DNA of 64,000 bases. Source: Candidatus Latescibacterota bacterium. GTDB taxonomy: Bacteria; Latescibacterota; UBA2968; UBA8231. The notes below the pieces were generated by a model. The model was not told the origin of the DNA and searched no databases. It saw nothing but the letters and a program-made list of their open reading frames with translations. This document shows positions 31,884-45,762 of the stretch, in pieces. Each line of letters starts with the position of its first letter. The first letter of the stretch is position 1. The stretch spans positions 64,766 to 128,765 of the forward strand of contig CBDBIJ010000029.1 of assembly GCA_965205655.1 (NCBI GenBank). Direction: 5' to 3'. A program made the translations under genes and the position numbers.

Positions 31884-32870
31884 CTATTTCAAATTTCTCT
31901 GGGACTTGACTGTGGCGACGACACGGGCCGCATCGGGGATGGTGGGCATCTCGAGCGTCGGACTGAATGGGACGGGCAGCTCTGCCGCTCCGATTCTTTC
32001 TACCGGCGCATCGAGATAGTCGAAGGCGCTTTCAGTGATGACGGAGGCGAGCTCGGCAGTGGCGCCGAAGCGTCTCACCGCCTCGTCGACGACGACGGCG
32101 TAGCCGGTCTTGCGGACGGAGTTGACGATCGTATCCGCGTCGAGCGGAAACAAGGTGCGGGGGTCGACGACCTCCGCCTCGATGCCCGATTCGGCGAGCA
32201 CCTCGGCCGCCTCCAGACAGACACCGACCATGCTGGAGGTCGCCACGAGCGAGACGTCGGAGCCCTCGCGTTTGACCTCGGCTTCACCGAAGGGGATGGT
32301 GAAATCCTCTGTCGGAACGGGGCCGGTATCGTTGTACATCATTTTGTCTTCGAGCACGACGCATGGATTGTCGTCGCGGATCGCGGTCTTGAGCAGTCCC
32401 TTCGCGTCCCGCGGGCAGGAGGGGATGGCGACTTTCAGACCCGGGATGTGCGCGAAGATGGCCTGGAAGGACTGGGAGTGCTGCGCCGCCGAGGAGCGGC
32501 CGGCCCCAATGGTTGTGCGCAGGGTCATCGGCACTGAGCACTGGCCGCCGGTCATGTAGCGGATCTTGGCGGCCTGATTGACGAGCTGGTCCATCGTCAT
32601 GAGGGAAAAGTCGTTGAACATGAGCTCGGTGATAGGCCGCATCCCCGTCATGGCGGCGCCCACGCTCATGCCGACGAAGCCGACCTCGGAAATGGGTGAA
32701 TCGATGACGCGCTCGGGGCCGAACTCGTCGAGCATCCCCTCGCTGCACTTGAAGATGCCACCGGACGCGCCGACATCCTCGCCGATGAGGAAGACGGACT
32801 CGTCGCGCCGCATCTCCTCACTCATGGCCATGGTGACGGCTTCCCGAAATGCGATCTCGACGTCAGGCAT
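31884..32870 (-). CDS. 2-oxoacid/acetoin dehydrogenase E1 beta subunit
   Basis: GEDVG, DSPISE and AAQHSQ motifs; start overlaps the alpha-subunit stop. Confidence 0.92.
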   Translation of the reverse strand: MPDVEIAFREAVTMAMSEEMRRDESVFLIGEDVGASGGIFKCSEGMLDEFGPERVIDSPISEVGFVGMSVGAAMTGMRPITELMFNDFSLMTMDQLVNQAAKIRYMTGGQCSVPMTLRTTIGAGRSSAAQHSQSFQAIFAHIPGLKVAIPSCPRDAKGLLKTAIRDDNPCVVLEDKMMYNDTGPVPTEDFTIPFGEAEVKREGSDVSLVATSSMVGVCLEAAEVLAESGIEAEVVDPRTLFPLDADTIVNSVRKTGYAVVVDEAVRRFGATAELASVITESAFDYLDAPVERIGAAELPVPFSPTLEMPTIPDAARVVATVKSQRNLK

Positions 32871-33930
32871 ACAGGTCCTCGTAGGCTTGTTCAGCGGGAG
32901 GAAGTGGCGCCTCGCGTCCGAACTCGACGGCGTCAACGACCTCCTGCTCGACTTGCTGATCCAGCTCTTCCAGCTGTGCTTTCGTGGCCACTTTCCGACT
33001 GATCATGTGGTTGGCCAGGAGTCGGATCGGGTCCTTGTTCTCCATCCACCAATCGAGCTCCTCTTTGGTGCGGTAGGCGCCGCCGTCGCCGACGTGATGG
33101 CCGCGGAAGCGGTAGGTGACCGCCTCCACGAACGTCGGCCCGCCCCCCCGACGCGCCTTGGCGACCGCTTTCGAGATCACATCGTACATCTCCAGAACAT
33201 CCGAGCCTTCGGCGCGCACGCCTTCGAGACCTAGGCCGCTGGCGCGGTCGACGATTTTTTCGACGCCGGTCACCGACCGGTACGACGTATGCTCCCCATA
33301 TTGGTTGTTTTCGCACACATAGATGGCCGGCAGATCCCAGATCACGGCCATGTTCACGGTCTCGAGGAGAATGCCCTGATTGGCGGCACCGTCACCGAAG
33401 AAGCAGACGGCGACCTGATCGCTGCCTCGAAGCTTGGCGGAAAGGGCGGCGCCGGTAGAGATGCCGAAGCCACCTCCGACGATGCCGTTGGCTCCCAGAT
33501 TGCCGCCAGTCATGTCGGCGATGTGCATGGACCCACCCTTGCCGCGGCAGTATCCCGCTTCCTTGCCCATGATCTCGGCCATCATGCGATCGAGGTTGGC
33601 CCCTTTGGCGAGGCAGTGGCCATGCCCCCGGTGAGTACTGGTGATGTAGTCGTCCTGTCGCAGCGCCGTACACGTGCCCACGGCGACACCCTCCTCGCCG
33701 ATGTAGAGGTGGGCGAGTCCTGGCATGAGGCCGCGAGTGTACACGTCCCACACATGCTCTTCGAAGAAACGGATCTCCGTCATCTTGCGATACATGAACC
33801 GGAGAGTGTCGGAATCCAACGACGACGTCTTTCCAGGCGCCGCTTTGCCAGGCCGCTTGCCGTCCAGTTTCGGCTTCCCAGGTTTCTTTTTCGGCGCGGT
33901 CCTTTTCGGTCTTTTCTGCTTCTTCGCCAT
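32863..33930 (-). CDS. 2-oxoacid/acetoin dehydrogenase E1 alpha subunit (TPP)
   Basis: STHRGHGH, GKGGSMH, FGDGA..NN and TYRFRGH motifs; Lys-rich N-terminal extension. Confidence 0.92.
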   Translation of the reverse strand: MAKKQKRPKRTAPKKKPGKPKLDGKRPGKAAPGKTSSLDSDTLRFMYRKMTEIRFFEEHVWDVYTRGLMPGLAHLYIGEEGVAVGTCTALRQDDYITSTHRGHGHCLAKGANLDRMMAEIMGKEAGYCRGKGGSMHIADMTGGNLGANGIVGGGFGISTGAALSAKLRGSDQVAVCFFGDGAANQGILLETVNMAVIWDLPAIYVCENNQYGEHTSYRSVTGVEKIVDRASGLGLEGVRAEGSDVLEMYDVISKAVAKARRGGGPTFVEAVTYRFRGHHVGDGGAYRTKEELDWWMENKDPIRLLANHMISRKVATKAQLEELDQQVEQEVVDAVEFGREAPLPPAEQAYEDLYA

Positions 33931-34028
33931 GATATGAGTCGTTGGGTTTAAGTTTCAGCTTTCGTGGATCAGCTCAAGGCAGGAAGGAGGAGAAGATAGG
34001 TCTCCGGTCGTGACCGTCAAGACGGGTC

Positions 34029-34056
34029 AAAAAAAAGCAGCGACGACTGTCGCTGC
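34029..34056 (-). terminator. Intrinsic terminator after the ferredoxin gene
   Basis: gcagcgac/gtcgctgc stem plus T8 on the minus strand. Confidence 0.85.
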
Positions 34057-34092
34057 CGGTTGACTGACCCCTGCGCTGACTTCGAGTAGGGG

Positions 34093-34344
34093 TTACTTGT
34101 CCTTGAAGTACTGGGCGTTGATCTCGATGTACTTATTCCACTCCTCGGGTAGGTCCTCCTCGGCGAAAATGGCTTCCACCGGGCATTCGGGCTCGCACGC
34201 TCCGCAATCGATGCACTCGTCCGGATCGATGTAGAGCATTTTAACCCCCTCTCCATCGGTCGGATGAATACAGTCGACGGGGCAAACCTCAACGCAGGAC
34301 TTGTCCTTCACATCGACGCAAGGCTCGGCGATGATGTACGTCAT
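34093..34344 (-). CDS. 7Fe/8Fe-type ferredoxin
   Basis: [14 protein letters not shown]...[12 protein letters not shown]; candidate own promoter TTGACA-18-TATGTA (34413-34442). Confidence 0.95.
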   Translation of the reverse strand: MTYIIAEPCVDVKDKSCVEVCPVDCIHPTDGEGVKMLYIDPDECIDCGACEPECPVEAIFAEEDLPEEWNKYIEINAQYFKDK

Positions 34345-34452
34345 CTCCTCCTCCTCAAGAAACTCTCAGCTGCGCACAACGTCTCCCTTGTACCGGTGCG
34401 GCAACGATTTCGTACATACGGCCCGCCTTCCGACCTTGTCAAGCGGTGAGCT

Positions 34453-35022
34453 CTACAGGTTTTGCAGCAGAGCCGAGATATCGAAACGACCTTCGGCACT
34501 GATGCGCAGATTGAAGCGCTGCCTCGGATTCGGGTCGCGGTCTAGCTCTGTCTGCGCGCCCTGGTACAGCTCTCCGAGAACCTCGTCGAGATGGGGTTTG
34601 AGCGCCGCCAGCGTGTCATCGGAGTTCGGCGATTCGAGCCTGTCGTTGACGACGAGGAGCAACTCCTCACCCCTGAATTTCACCTTGCCGCCGAGATCCG
34701 GCTCGCCTTCAAGTCGCCGACATGCAGTCAGAGTGGCACCAAGGGCCAGACGCAGTTTCTCCGGGGTGCTGCCGTCCATCGGCTGCCTGCGGGCGTAGAG
34801 CAATCCGAAGCGATGGTCGGTGTTGTCGAGGCTGTAGCTGGCTTCGTGGCCCACCAGCAGTGTCTGCGGCCCGGCCGGCAGATGGCTGTAGTCGGCGACA
34901 TCGACGAGGACCTCCTCCGTCGTCTCCCGAATCCAGGTGTTGAAAATCCGGAAGGCGTCCTCCGACGAGATGGCGCTGTCGTCGTCGAGGTAGAATTTGA
35001 CCTGGACCCGCTGCAGTTTCAT
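34453..35022 (-). CDS. Hypothetical protein coupled to the sulfite/nitrite reductase
   Basis: 189-aa ORF starting 3 bp after the reductase stop. Confidence 0.75.
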   Translation of the reverse strand: MKLQRVQVKFYLDDDSAISSEDAFRIFNTWIRETTEEVLVDVADYSHLPAGPQTLLVGHEASYSLDNTDHRFGLLYARRQPMDGSTPEKLRLALGATLTACRRLEGEPDLGGKVKFRGEELLLVVNDRLESPNSDDTLAALKPHLDEVLGELYQGAQTELDRDPNPRQRFNLRISAEGRFDISALLQNL

Positions 35023-35025
35023 CGA

Positions 35026-37310
35026 TCAGGCCGTGGCGCCTTCGGCGGCGCTCGTGCGGTCGTGGCAGCGGTAGGCCGCCTCGATGAACAGCTGAGCCTC
35101 TTCGACCGCGGTGTGGGCGGCGTCGCGGGAATGGCCGTCCATTGCCGTCTCGTGCATGCGGACGAGATAGCGGGCGAATTTGTCCTTGGCGTAAGGGTCG
35201 AAGAACAGCTCCGTGTCGACGAAGCGCTCCACGAATTCCTTCACGATCGTGTCCGCGTCCCTCCGGCACGTCCAGCCACTGGGTCTTTACGAGTGCCTTA
35301 GCGGCGTGGAGCATGGCGTTGTACGCGGTTCCGTAAGCCTGCTCGAATTTGGCTTCATCGAGAAAGATGTGGGCCTCGAAGGCTTCCCGCTCACAAGCGG
35401 CCAGCTCAAAGTGGGCCAGGGGGACGACCTCTCCGGCGCACTCTCCCTTGCCCATGTCGCCGATGGTGAATTCGCGTGTATCTCCCCAGTCGCGGTAGAA
35501 AGACGAGTCTTCCTCGTAGGCGGGGACCGCAGTGAGGTCCTCGAGCATACCTTTGATTTCGCGTTTGCCGGTGCGCTCGACAAATCCCTGGAAGCTTTCG
35601 TTCCCCTGGCGTTCCTTCACGAAGCGCTCGGTGAGACGGGTGACGACCGTGGGTATATTCTTGGACGGCACAGCCGCCATCGCCAGACCGAAGGAGCCGG
35701 CGTTCTCCAGCCACTTACCCCCCAGCACAACCTGGAAGTGGGGTACGGTGATGCCGCTGATCTTGCGGCTGACGCCGTAGAAGCCGATGTCGGCGGCGTG
35801 GTGCTGTCCGCACGAGTTGAAGCATCCGCTGATCTTGACCCGCAGGCCTTTTACGGCTTCGTCGAGCGTGTGGGCGCTCTCGGCCAGCCGGCGGCGCAAC
35901 TCGGCCGCGAGGCCGCGCGACGAGGAGATGCCGAGCTTGCAGGTGTCGGTGCCCGGGCAGGCGGTGACGTCGAAGACGGTACTCGCACCAGACAGACCCA
36001 GTCCGAGTTCTTTCAGGTCGGCGTAGAGAGCCGGCAGATCGGCCTCGCTCACCCAGCGCAGGACGAGGTTCTGCTCCACCGTCGTGCGAACGGTGTCCTT
36101 GACATAGCGACGGCAGACGTCTGCCAGTCCCCGAAGCTGATTCGAGGTGAGGTCACCCAGCGGTAAGGTGACGGTCGCGACGACGTAACCGGGCTGGCGC
36201 TGGGGATAGACATTGGTTTCGTACCACTGGTCGAATCCATCGGGAAGCTCGGCGCCATCCAGGGGTTGGCCAGGTCTGAGCCCTTCCTCGTCGAGGGCGT
36301 TCAGATCGTCGAGGTAAGCCGTCCATCGCGCGTCGTGGGGAAGCGTCTGGCGCTGTTCGAGAACGAGGCGTTTGAACTCCTCGATTCCCAGCTTGGCCAC
36401 CAGAAATTTGATGCGGGCACGGGCGCGATTAGTCTTTTCACCAAGCCGGGCGAAGACGCGGGCGATGGCCTGAGTGATCGGCAACAATTCCTCTGCTGGG
36501 ACGAACTCGTCGAACAGCTTTGCCTGGTGGGGCACGGCCCCCAGGCCGCCCCCGACATACAGCTCGAAGCCTCGCTTCTCCACGCCGTCGACGACGCGGG
36601 TCGCGGCGATGGCGCCGAGATCATGCATGTTCGTCAGGCCGCAGGCCTCGTGCTTGCAGCCAGAGAAGGCCGGCTTGAACTTGCGACCAAAATCCTGCAC
36701 GTCTGGGTGACCGAGAAGGAACTTCGAAAACGCCTTCGCGTACGGCGTAACATCGAAGGTCTCGGTGTGGCAGACGCCGGCCAGGGGACAGGCAGTCACA
36801 TTGCGCACGGAGTTCCCGCAAGCCTCGCGCGTCGTAATGCCGGCGGCGGCAAGCCTGCGCATGAGATCGACCGTATCGTCGATGTGGACGTAGTGGAGCT
36901 GCACATCCTGTCTGGTCGTGATGTGGACGACGTCATCCGAATATTCTTCGGCCAGGTCGGCGAGAGCATCCATCTGCTCAGTCGACAGGCCCACCGAAAG
37001 GTATCTTGATCCGCTGCATTCCCGGAGCGTGCCAAACCGTGTTTGGCCCTTTGGTGAATTCCTCCGGGAACGTCAACTCCTGGCTCTGCTGACCGTCGAA
37101 ACGCTGACCGTTGTCGTAGCGCTGGCCGTACACGCCGCGGCGTAGTCTGGTCTCGGCAAAAATGACCTCGTCGAGCTTGTCTTGTTTGCGCAATCCGATC
37201 TGGGTCTCGAAGATGTCTATCTCTTCGGCCAGATCGTCGGGAATGCGGTCTGCCAGCTTTTCTTTCCACGTCATCTGAGTCATCCTGAAATCAGCCCCCC
37301 GAGATGCCAT
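35026..37310 (-). CDS. Ferredoxin-dependent siroheme sulfite/nitrite reductase with C-terminal HEPN-like helical domain (two frameshifts)
   Basis: RLRRGVYGQR, HITTRQDVQLH, ACPGTDTC and SGCFNSC; frame breaks near 36990 and 35260. Confidence 0.88.
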
Positions 37311-37334
37311 AATCTCCTGTTAAATTAGCGTGTT

Positions 37335-37428
37335 AAGATAGGAATCGAGGTTGTAGTGTCAAGCCGCTGGCGGGCCGCCAAACAGCTCGACTACGCGGTT
37401 TGACACCCAAAAAGGCCGGGGATATACT
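37335..37428. promoter_or_regulatory. Back-to-back sigma70 promoters
   Basis: Minus: TTGACA-16-TATCTT (37362-37335). Plus: TTGACA-17-TATACT (37400-37428). Confidence 0.7.
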
Positions 37429-37649
37429 GAGCGCCTCACCCCGTAACAATTGAATTGCGATGCAGTGAGTGAACGGGAAGGGAATGCCACCGATGGTCGG
37501 GGTGTGGATGGGCCATTGACCTATCCGGCTCGCCGCTTCCTGCCGCGCCCGCTGCAGATGGAGCGAGCTCTTGTCGTGGCGAATTTCGTCATCGGCGTGT
37601 TTCTCACCGCGTGGGGCATACGGGGCGCGATCGATTTCGTCAGCTCGCT

Positions 37650-38840
37650 ATGAACGAGCGGACCGACAGGTCCAGGTGGATCCGGGATGTCGTCGAGGGG
37701 ATTCACAGCAGCGGCCGCAAGCTTGCCGTCGTCGCGACTGGCGGCGGCAGCCAGGCACTGTCCTGGTTGCTCAACCACCCTGGCGCCTCGCGGGTGGTCC
37801 TCGAGGCTCAGGTTCCGTATTGCGACCGGGCCCTCGAAGACTACCTGATGTCAGCCGGACCCCATCCGGTGAGCCGCCGAAACGGCTCGCACCATGGCGC
37901 TGCGTGCCTACGAAAGGGCCCGTGAACTGTGTGGCATTGACGACGAGGCCCCCGGGCGCGATTTCGTCGGCGTCGCCTGCACAGCCGCGCTCGCCACGAA
38001 ACGGGAACGGAAAGGTCGTGATCGGGTCTGGCTCGCACTGCGGTCGGCAACGAACTACCGGCTCAGCAGCCTGGACTTCTCCAATTGCTCCGATGACCGC
38101 TCGCACGATCGCCATCGGCAGGAGGAAGTCCTCAGCTGCTGCTTCGTGTCTCAGCTGGCGTCGGAATCGGGCGTTCAGATTCCAGCGTTCGACGCCCCGG
38201 ACTGGGCGTCCTTGACGCATCGGGACGGCGCCTGTCGAAGAGGCCCTCGAGGCTCTCTACAGTGGGTCCGCCGAAGTCGCCGAGATGGACCGCCAGGGAG
38301 AATTCCACACCGCGGTCGGGCGCGGCGATCGTCTCCTGCTGTCCGGTTCGTTCAATCCGCTGCACGAGGGCCACAGCGAGCTGGCGGCGGTTGCGGAGGC
38401 CAGGAGCGGGCGTTCTGCAGCACTGGAGATCTCCATCCACAACGTCGACAAGCCGTCACTCGAATACGCCGATCTCATGGACAGACTGAGCCTCCTGAAA
38501 GGACGGTACCCGGTGCTGATAACCGGAGCAGCCACCTTTCACGAAAAGGCCACCCTGTTTCCCGGGACGCGCTTCGCCATCGGCTACGACACGGTCCCTG
38601 CGGCTCTTCGACCCCACCTATTACGACCAGAGCGAGCCCGCGCTGAGCGCGGCGTTGGAATCCATCGATCGCCATGGAAGCCGGTTCATCGTCGCCGGCC
38701 GGGTCGACGACGGCGCTTTTCGTACCCTGTCCGATATCGACCTGCCAGTCCGCTGGGCCCATCTGTTCGAGGCTATTCCGGAGGCGGAATTTCGGAGCGA
38801 TCTGAGTTCGAGCCGGTTGCGGGCGAGAGCGCGATCGAGG
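37650..38840 (+). CDS. CinA-like N-domain plus HxGH nucleotidyltransferase (NadD-like), frameshifted
   Basis: ATGGGSQAL..PGASR, GSFNPLHEGH, NVDKP, IGYDT and DLSSSRLR, split over several frames. Confidence 0.7.
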
Positions 38841-40076
38841 ATGACGGATCCACTCGCCCATTTAGACGGGAGTGAAGGAGCCATAGCGCAACGGCTGCGC
38901 GAAATGGTCCGCATCCCTACGGTAAATCCACCCGGTCGTTCCTACCGCGAGATGGTCGAATGGCTGTGCCGGTGGTGTAAATCGATCGACATGGGAGTTG
39001 AAATCCACCGTGTTCCGGACGCGGACGCGACGGCGGCGGGTGTCGACGCGGAGTACCCGCGTTTCAATCTGATCGCCAGGTGGGACGTCGGTGCCGAGCG
39101 CACAGTTCATTTCAATGCGCACTACGACGTCGTCCCCGCCTCCGGCCGATGGCGCTTCGGCGGGCCCTTCGAGCCGCACGTGAGTGGCGGCTGGCTCTAT
39201 GGTCGCGGATCGGGAGACATGAAGGGATCGATCGCGGCGCTCCTGTCGGCGCTCGAGGCGATTCGGAGAGTGCGGGCGGCGCCTGCCTTCAACATTGAGT
39301 GCTCCTTCACCGCCGACGAAGAAACCGGCGGGCAGTTGGGAGCCGGATGGGTGGTCCGCCAGGGGCTCGTGAACGCCGATCTCGCCGTGGTCTGCGAAGG
39401 TGCCTCCGGAACCCGCGTGGGCTGTGGGCACAACGGCGTATTGTGGATGGAGGTGGAGGTGCAGGGGAAATCGGCTCACGCCTCGAATCCCGACCAGGGA
39501 ATCAACGCCTTCGAGGGCATGGCTGAAATGGTCCATCAGCTGCAGAGTGTAAAGCGGAGTCTGTCGTCATCGTCACGCCAGTACCGGGATGTCTCCGGCG
39601 GCACGAGGCAGCCCACTATCAATCTCGGCGGCGTCTTCGGCGGCAACGGACTGAAAGTGAACACCGTACCTGGTGACGCCCTGTTCAGCATCGACCGTCG
39701 TGTGCTCCCCAACGAGCGTCTCACTCAGGCCGAAGAAGAGCTGCGGCGCGCCCTCGCCAGGGCCACGAGCAAAGGTCCTGGCATCAGGTACCGGACGCGC
39801 TCCACGCTGCGAATCGATCCCTGCGTCGTCGATAGTGATCACGAACTTCCCCGCGCTTTCGCCAGGTCCGTCCGCGCCGTGCGCCGGCGGGCTGCCAGCT
39901 ACCGGCTGACGACGGGATTCACGGATTTGCATTACTTCGTCCGGGAGGGCGGATTGCCCGGAATCGGCTACGGTGTGGACGGGCATCGTGCTCACGCCGT
40001 CGACGAGCGCCTGAAAACGCGCGATCTGGTGCAAACTGCGAAGACGTATGCCCACTTCATCCTCCGCGATATCTGA
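38841..40076 (+). CDS. M20-family (ArgE/DapE-like) metallo-deacylase
   Basis: HYDVVP, GRGSGDMKG, DEETGG and AHAVDE motifs. Confidence 0.9.
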   Translation: MTDPLAHLDGSEGAIAQRLREMVRIPTVNPPGRSYREMVEWLCRWCKSIDMGVEIHRVPDADATAAGVDAEYPRFNLIARWDVGAERTVHFNAHYDVVPASGRWRFGGPFEPHVSGGWLYGRGSGDMKGSIAALLSALEAIRRVRAAPAFNIECSFTADEETGGQLGAGWVVRQGLVNADLAVVCEGASGTRVGCGHNGVLWMEVEVQGKSAHASNPDQGINAFEGMAEMVHQLQSVKRSLSSSSRQYRDVSGGTRQPTINLGGVFGGNGLKVNTVPGDALFSIDRRVLPNERLTQAEEELRRALARATSKGPGIRYRTRSTLRIDPCVVDSDHELPRAFARSVRAVRRRAASYRLTTGFTDLHYFVREGGLPGIGYGVDGHRAHAVDERLKTRDLVQTAKTYAHFILRDI

Positions 40077-40095
40077 GCGAGCGCGGGCTCAGCCC

Positions 40096-41694
40096 ATGAG
40101 TACGGAATATCCAAAACTGGTGACGGGGACGCAGATGGCGCAGATCGATCGCTGTTCGATCGAGGAGCACGGCGTCCCCGGGCTGGAGCTGATGGAACGG
40201 GCAGGAGCCGAAGTCGTGGAGGTCATTCGGGATCGCTGGGACGGGCTCGAGGGCTTGAGCGCCGCCGTTGTCTGCGGCAAGGGCAACAACGGCGGCGACG
40301 GCCTCGTCGTGGCGCGATTGCTTCACGAGGCAGGAGTCGCGGTGAGAGTCTTTCTGACCTCGCCGAAAGAGGCCCAGTCTCCAGACACCACCCACAATTT
40401 GAGCCGCCTGGCCGATGCGGGGCTCGCAGCCGAGCCGTACCCGATGTCAGAGGAGGGCACCGCAGCACTGCAACAGGCAGACGTCATCGTCGACGCCATT
40501 CTTGGGACCGGTTTCAGAGGATCGCTGCGGCCCGAACTCGCGGGGGTGATCGAGCAGATCAACGCCGCCGGGCAGCACGTGGTGGCGGTCGATCTGCCGT
40601 CGGGGGTCGAGGCGGACACCGGGCAGGTGCCCGGTGTGTGCGTCAGTGCCTCGGTAACCGTCACCTTCGGACTCGCCAAGATCGGTCATCTGTTCTTTCC
40701 AGGCCGCTCGTTCTGCGGCGACCTCGAGCTGACCGACATTGATTTTCCCCCTCAGGCCGTCGCCACCTGTCCTACCCGGACATTCCTCATCTCCGCCGAG
40801 GCGGTGGCAGCCTTGATACCGAACCGAGCGCCCGATGCCCACAAGGGAAGCTGTGGCTCCGTGGCCGTCATTGCCGGCTCCGTGGGCATGTCGGGTGCGG
40901 CGGCGCTGACTGCCGACTCCGCTCTGCTGTGCGGTGCCGGCCGGGTGAGCCTTGGCGTTCCGGCGAGCCTGAACGACATCATGGAGATAAAGCTGACGGA
41001 AGTGATGACGCGGCCGCTGCCGGAGGTGAAGCGCCGCCGCTGTCTGTCGCTGCGCGCGCTCGGCGAGATCGAGGCGATGCTCGAGAAGACTGATTGTCTT
41101 GCTGTGGGACCCGGTTTGGGTACCTACCGCGAAACCGCAGAGCTGGTCCGCCGACTGTTGACCCGCCAACTGGGTGGCGGCGACCGGCTCCCGATCGTCA
41201 TCGACGCAGATGGCATCAATGCTTTTTCGGGATTCACCGATATATTGAAGCAAGGGGCCCTGGCGCACCCACTCGTGCTGACTCCGCACGTCGGCGAGTT
41301 TGCGAGGCTGACGGGAACGGACAAAGCGGCCCTGTGCGAGCAGCCGCTCGAGCACGCACGCGCTTTCGCCACCGAGTACGGAGTGATTCTGGTGTTGAAG
41401 GGGGCCCCGACACTCGTCGCCCTGCCAGATGGCAGAGTCATGGTCAATCCAACAGGTAACGCCGGGATGGCCACGGCGGGCTCCGGGGATGTGCTGACCG
41501 GAACCGTCGCCGGCCTCATCGCGCAGGGGCTGCCAGCCGACGATGCGGCGTGCGTGGGCGTCTTCCTCCACGGGCTGTCCGGGGACCTCGCCAGAGAGCG
41601 GCTCGGCCAGTGGGGTATGAAGGCGGGCGACATCAGTCGATGCCTTCCTGAGGCGGTGTCTCAGGCGGCTCGCCAGAGCGACTCGCCGCCTTGA
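40096..41694 (+). CDS. nnr: Bifunctional NAD(P)HX epimerase/dehydratase
   Basis: GKGNNGGDG, DLPSG, HKG..G, TPHVGEF and MATAGSGDVLTG motifs. Confidence 0.93.
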   Translation: MSTEYPKLVTGTQMAQIDRCSIEEHGVPGLELMERAGAEVVEVIRDRWDGLEGLSAAVVCGKGNNGGDGLVVARLLHEAGVAVRVFLTSPKEAQSPDTTHNLSRLADAGLAAEPYPMSEEGTAALQQADVIVDAILGTGFRGSLRPELAGVIEQINAAGQHVVAVDLPSGVEADTGQVPGVCVSASVTVTFGLAKIGHLFFPGRSFCGDLELTDIDFPPQAVATCPTRTFLISAEAVAALIPNRAPDAHKGSCGSVAVIAGSVGMSGAAALTADSALLCGAGRVSLGVPASLNDIMEIKLTEVMTRPLPEVKRRRCLSLRALGEIEAMLEKTDCLAVGPGLGTYRETAELVRRLLTRQLGGGDRLPIVIDADGINAFSGFTDILKQGALAHPLVLTPHVGEFARLTGTDKAALCEQPLEHARAFATEYGVILVLKGAPTLVALPDGRVMVNPTGNAGMATAGSGDVLTGTVAGLIAQGLPADDAACVGVFLHGLSGDLARERLGQWGMKAGDISRCLPEAVSQAARQSDSPP

Positions 41695-41719
41695 CATCGC
41701 CCTGAGCTTCGAGTACAGT
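41691..41719 (+). promoter_or_regulatory. sigma70 promoter
   Basis: TTGACA-17-TACAGT upstream of the gene at 41783. Confidence 0.6.
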
Positions 41720-41782
41720 ACCGACGAATTCACGACGATTGCGAGTACTGCGGCGGCGGCGGCTCCCCGACACCTATTCGAC

Positions 41783-42328
41783 ATGTCAAAGGTTAAAGAG
41801 GCGATCGAGGAAATGATCGAGGAGTCCTACTTGCTGGGGCTCTCGCAGCAGGAAATCCGCCAGGACTTCAAGCGCTTCATAGATACCTGCTACAACGTCA
41901 TCCACGAAAACATCAAGGACAGAGAAGTCGTCAGCGGGCTGGCCGAGAATCTCGCCCGCGAGCAAACGTGCATCCTCATCGCCGACCGCACGGACGGGAC
42001 TGGAGAGGTCGAAGTGGGGAGCGGCACGACGACGGCGAAGGGACAGGAATCGGTGGACGAATTCTCGGAGAGGGTGGCCAGGCGCAAGCGCCAGATTCTG
42101 CGCACCATAGCCAAGTACGATCCGCAGCTCGTGCGAATGATCGATGCCCAGCGATTTCAGGGAGACGGTGAAGAGGAAGAGGCAAGAGTCATCACCAATC
42201 GTCCCGCCTGGAAACTATCGTGGCAGCCGGATTGGTCCGAGCTCCGTCTGCAGCTGTTGAAAATTGGCTACGCTACTACCATCGGGATTATCATTCTCCT
42301 GATCTGGTTGGGATTCATCGAGAAGTAA
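41783..42328 (+). CDS. Hypothetical protein with C-terminal membrane anchor
   Basis: 181 aa; hydrophobic C-terminal helix IGYATTIGIIILLIWLGFI. Confidence 0.7.
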   Translation: MSKVKEAIEEMIEESYLLGLSQQEIRQDFKRFIDTCYNVIHENIKDREVVSGLAENLAREQTCILIADRTDGTGEVEVGSGTTTAKGQESVDEFSERVARRKRQILRTIAKYDPQLVRMIDAQRFQGDGEEEEARVITNRPAWKLSWQPDWSELRLQLLKIGYATTIGIIILLIWLGFIEK

Positions 42329-42543
42329 TGAGAGGATTAAGACCGTCCCACGGGCCGTCTTAAGACTGCTCCCCGATTTTCTACCAATCACTTCCTCCTC
42401 AATAGATTCAAGACAGCTGAATTTTCGTAATCCAGAAAGCAGAGACCCCTCATGAGTCTCTGCTTTTGTTGTATCCCCCCTCTCTCAAACCGACCAGGTG
42501 GGTTCCGCAGGGGAAGCCTGGTCCGGCACCGACCTGGCTGAAC

Positions 42544-45758
<3,215 letters not shown>

Positions 45759-45762
<4 letters not shown>

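Noticed and set aside
37450..37653. Small membrane protein
   Set aside because: The hydrophobic stretch is plausible, but the start is unclear and it has no recognisable motif.
35200..38840. Split reductase and split nucleotidyltransferase as separate genes
   Set aside because: The fragments continue seamlessly across frames, so this is a second cluster of probable indel errors.
38655..40076. Nucleotidyltransferase-M20 peptidase fusion
   Set aside because: The in-frame join lies in the error-rich zone next to an ATGA overlap; separate coupled genes are more likely.
42330..42543. PyrR-type attenuator upstream of carB
   Set aside because: No recognisable PyrR binding loop or terminator/antiterminator pair.
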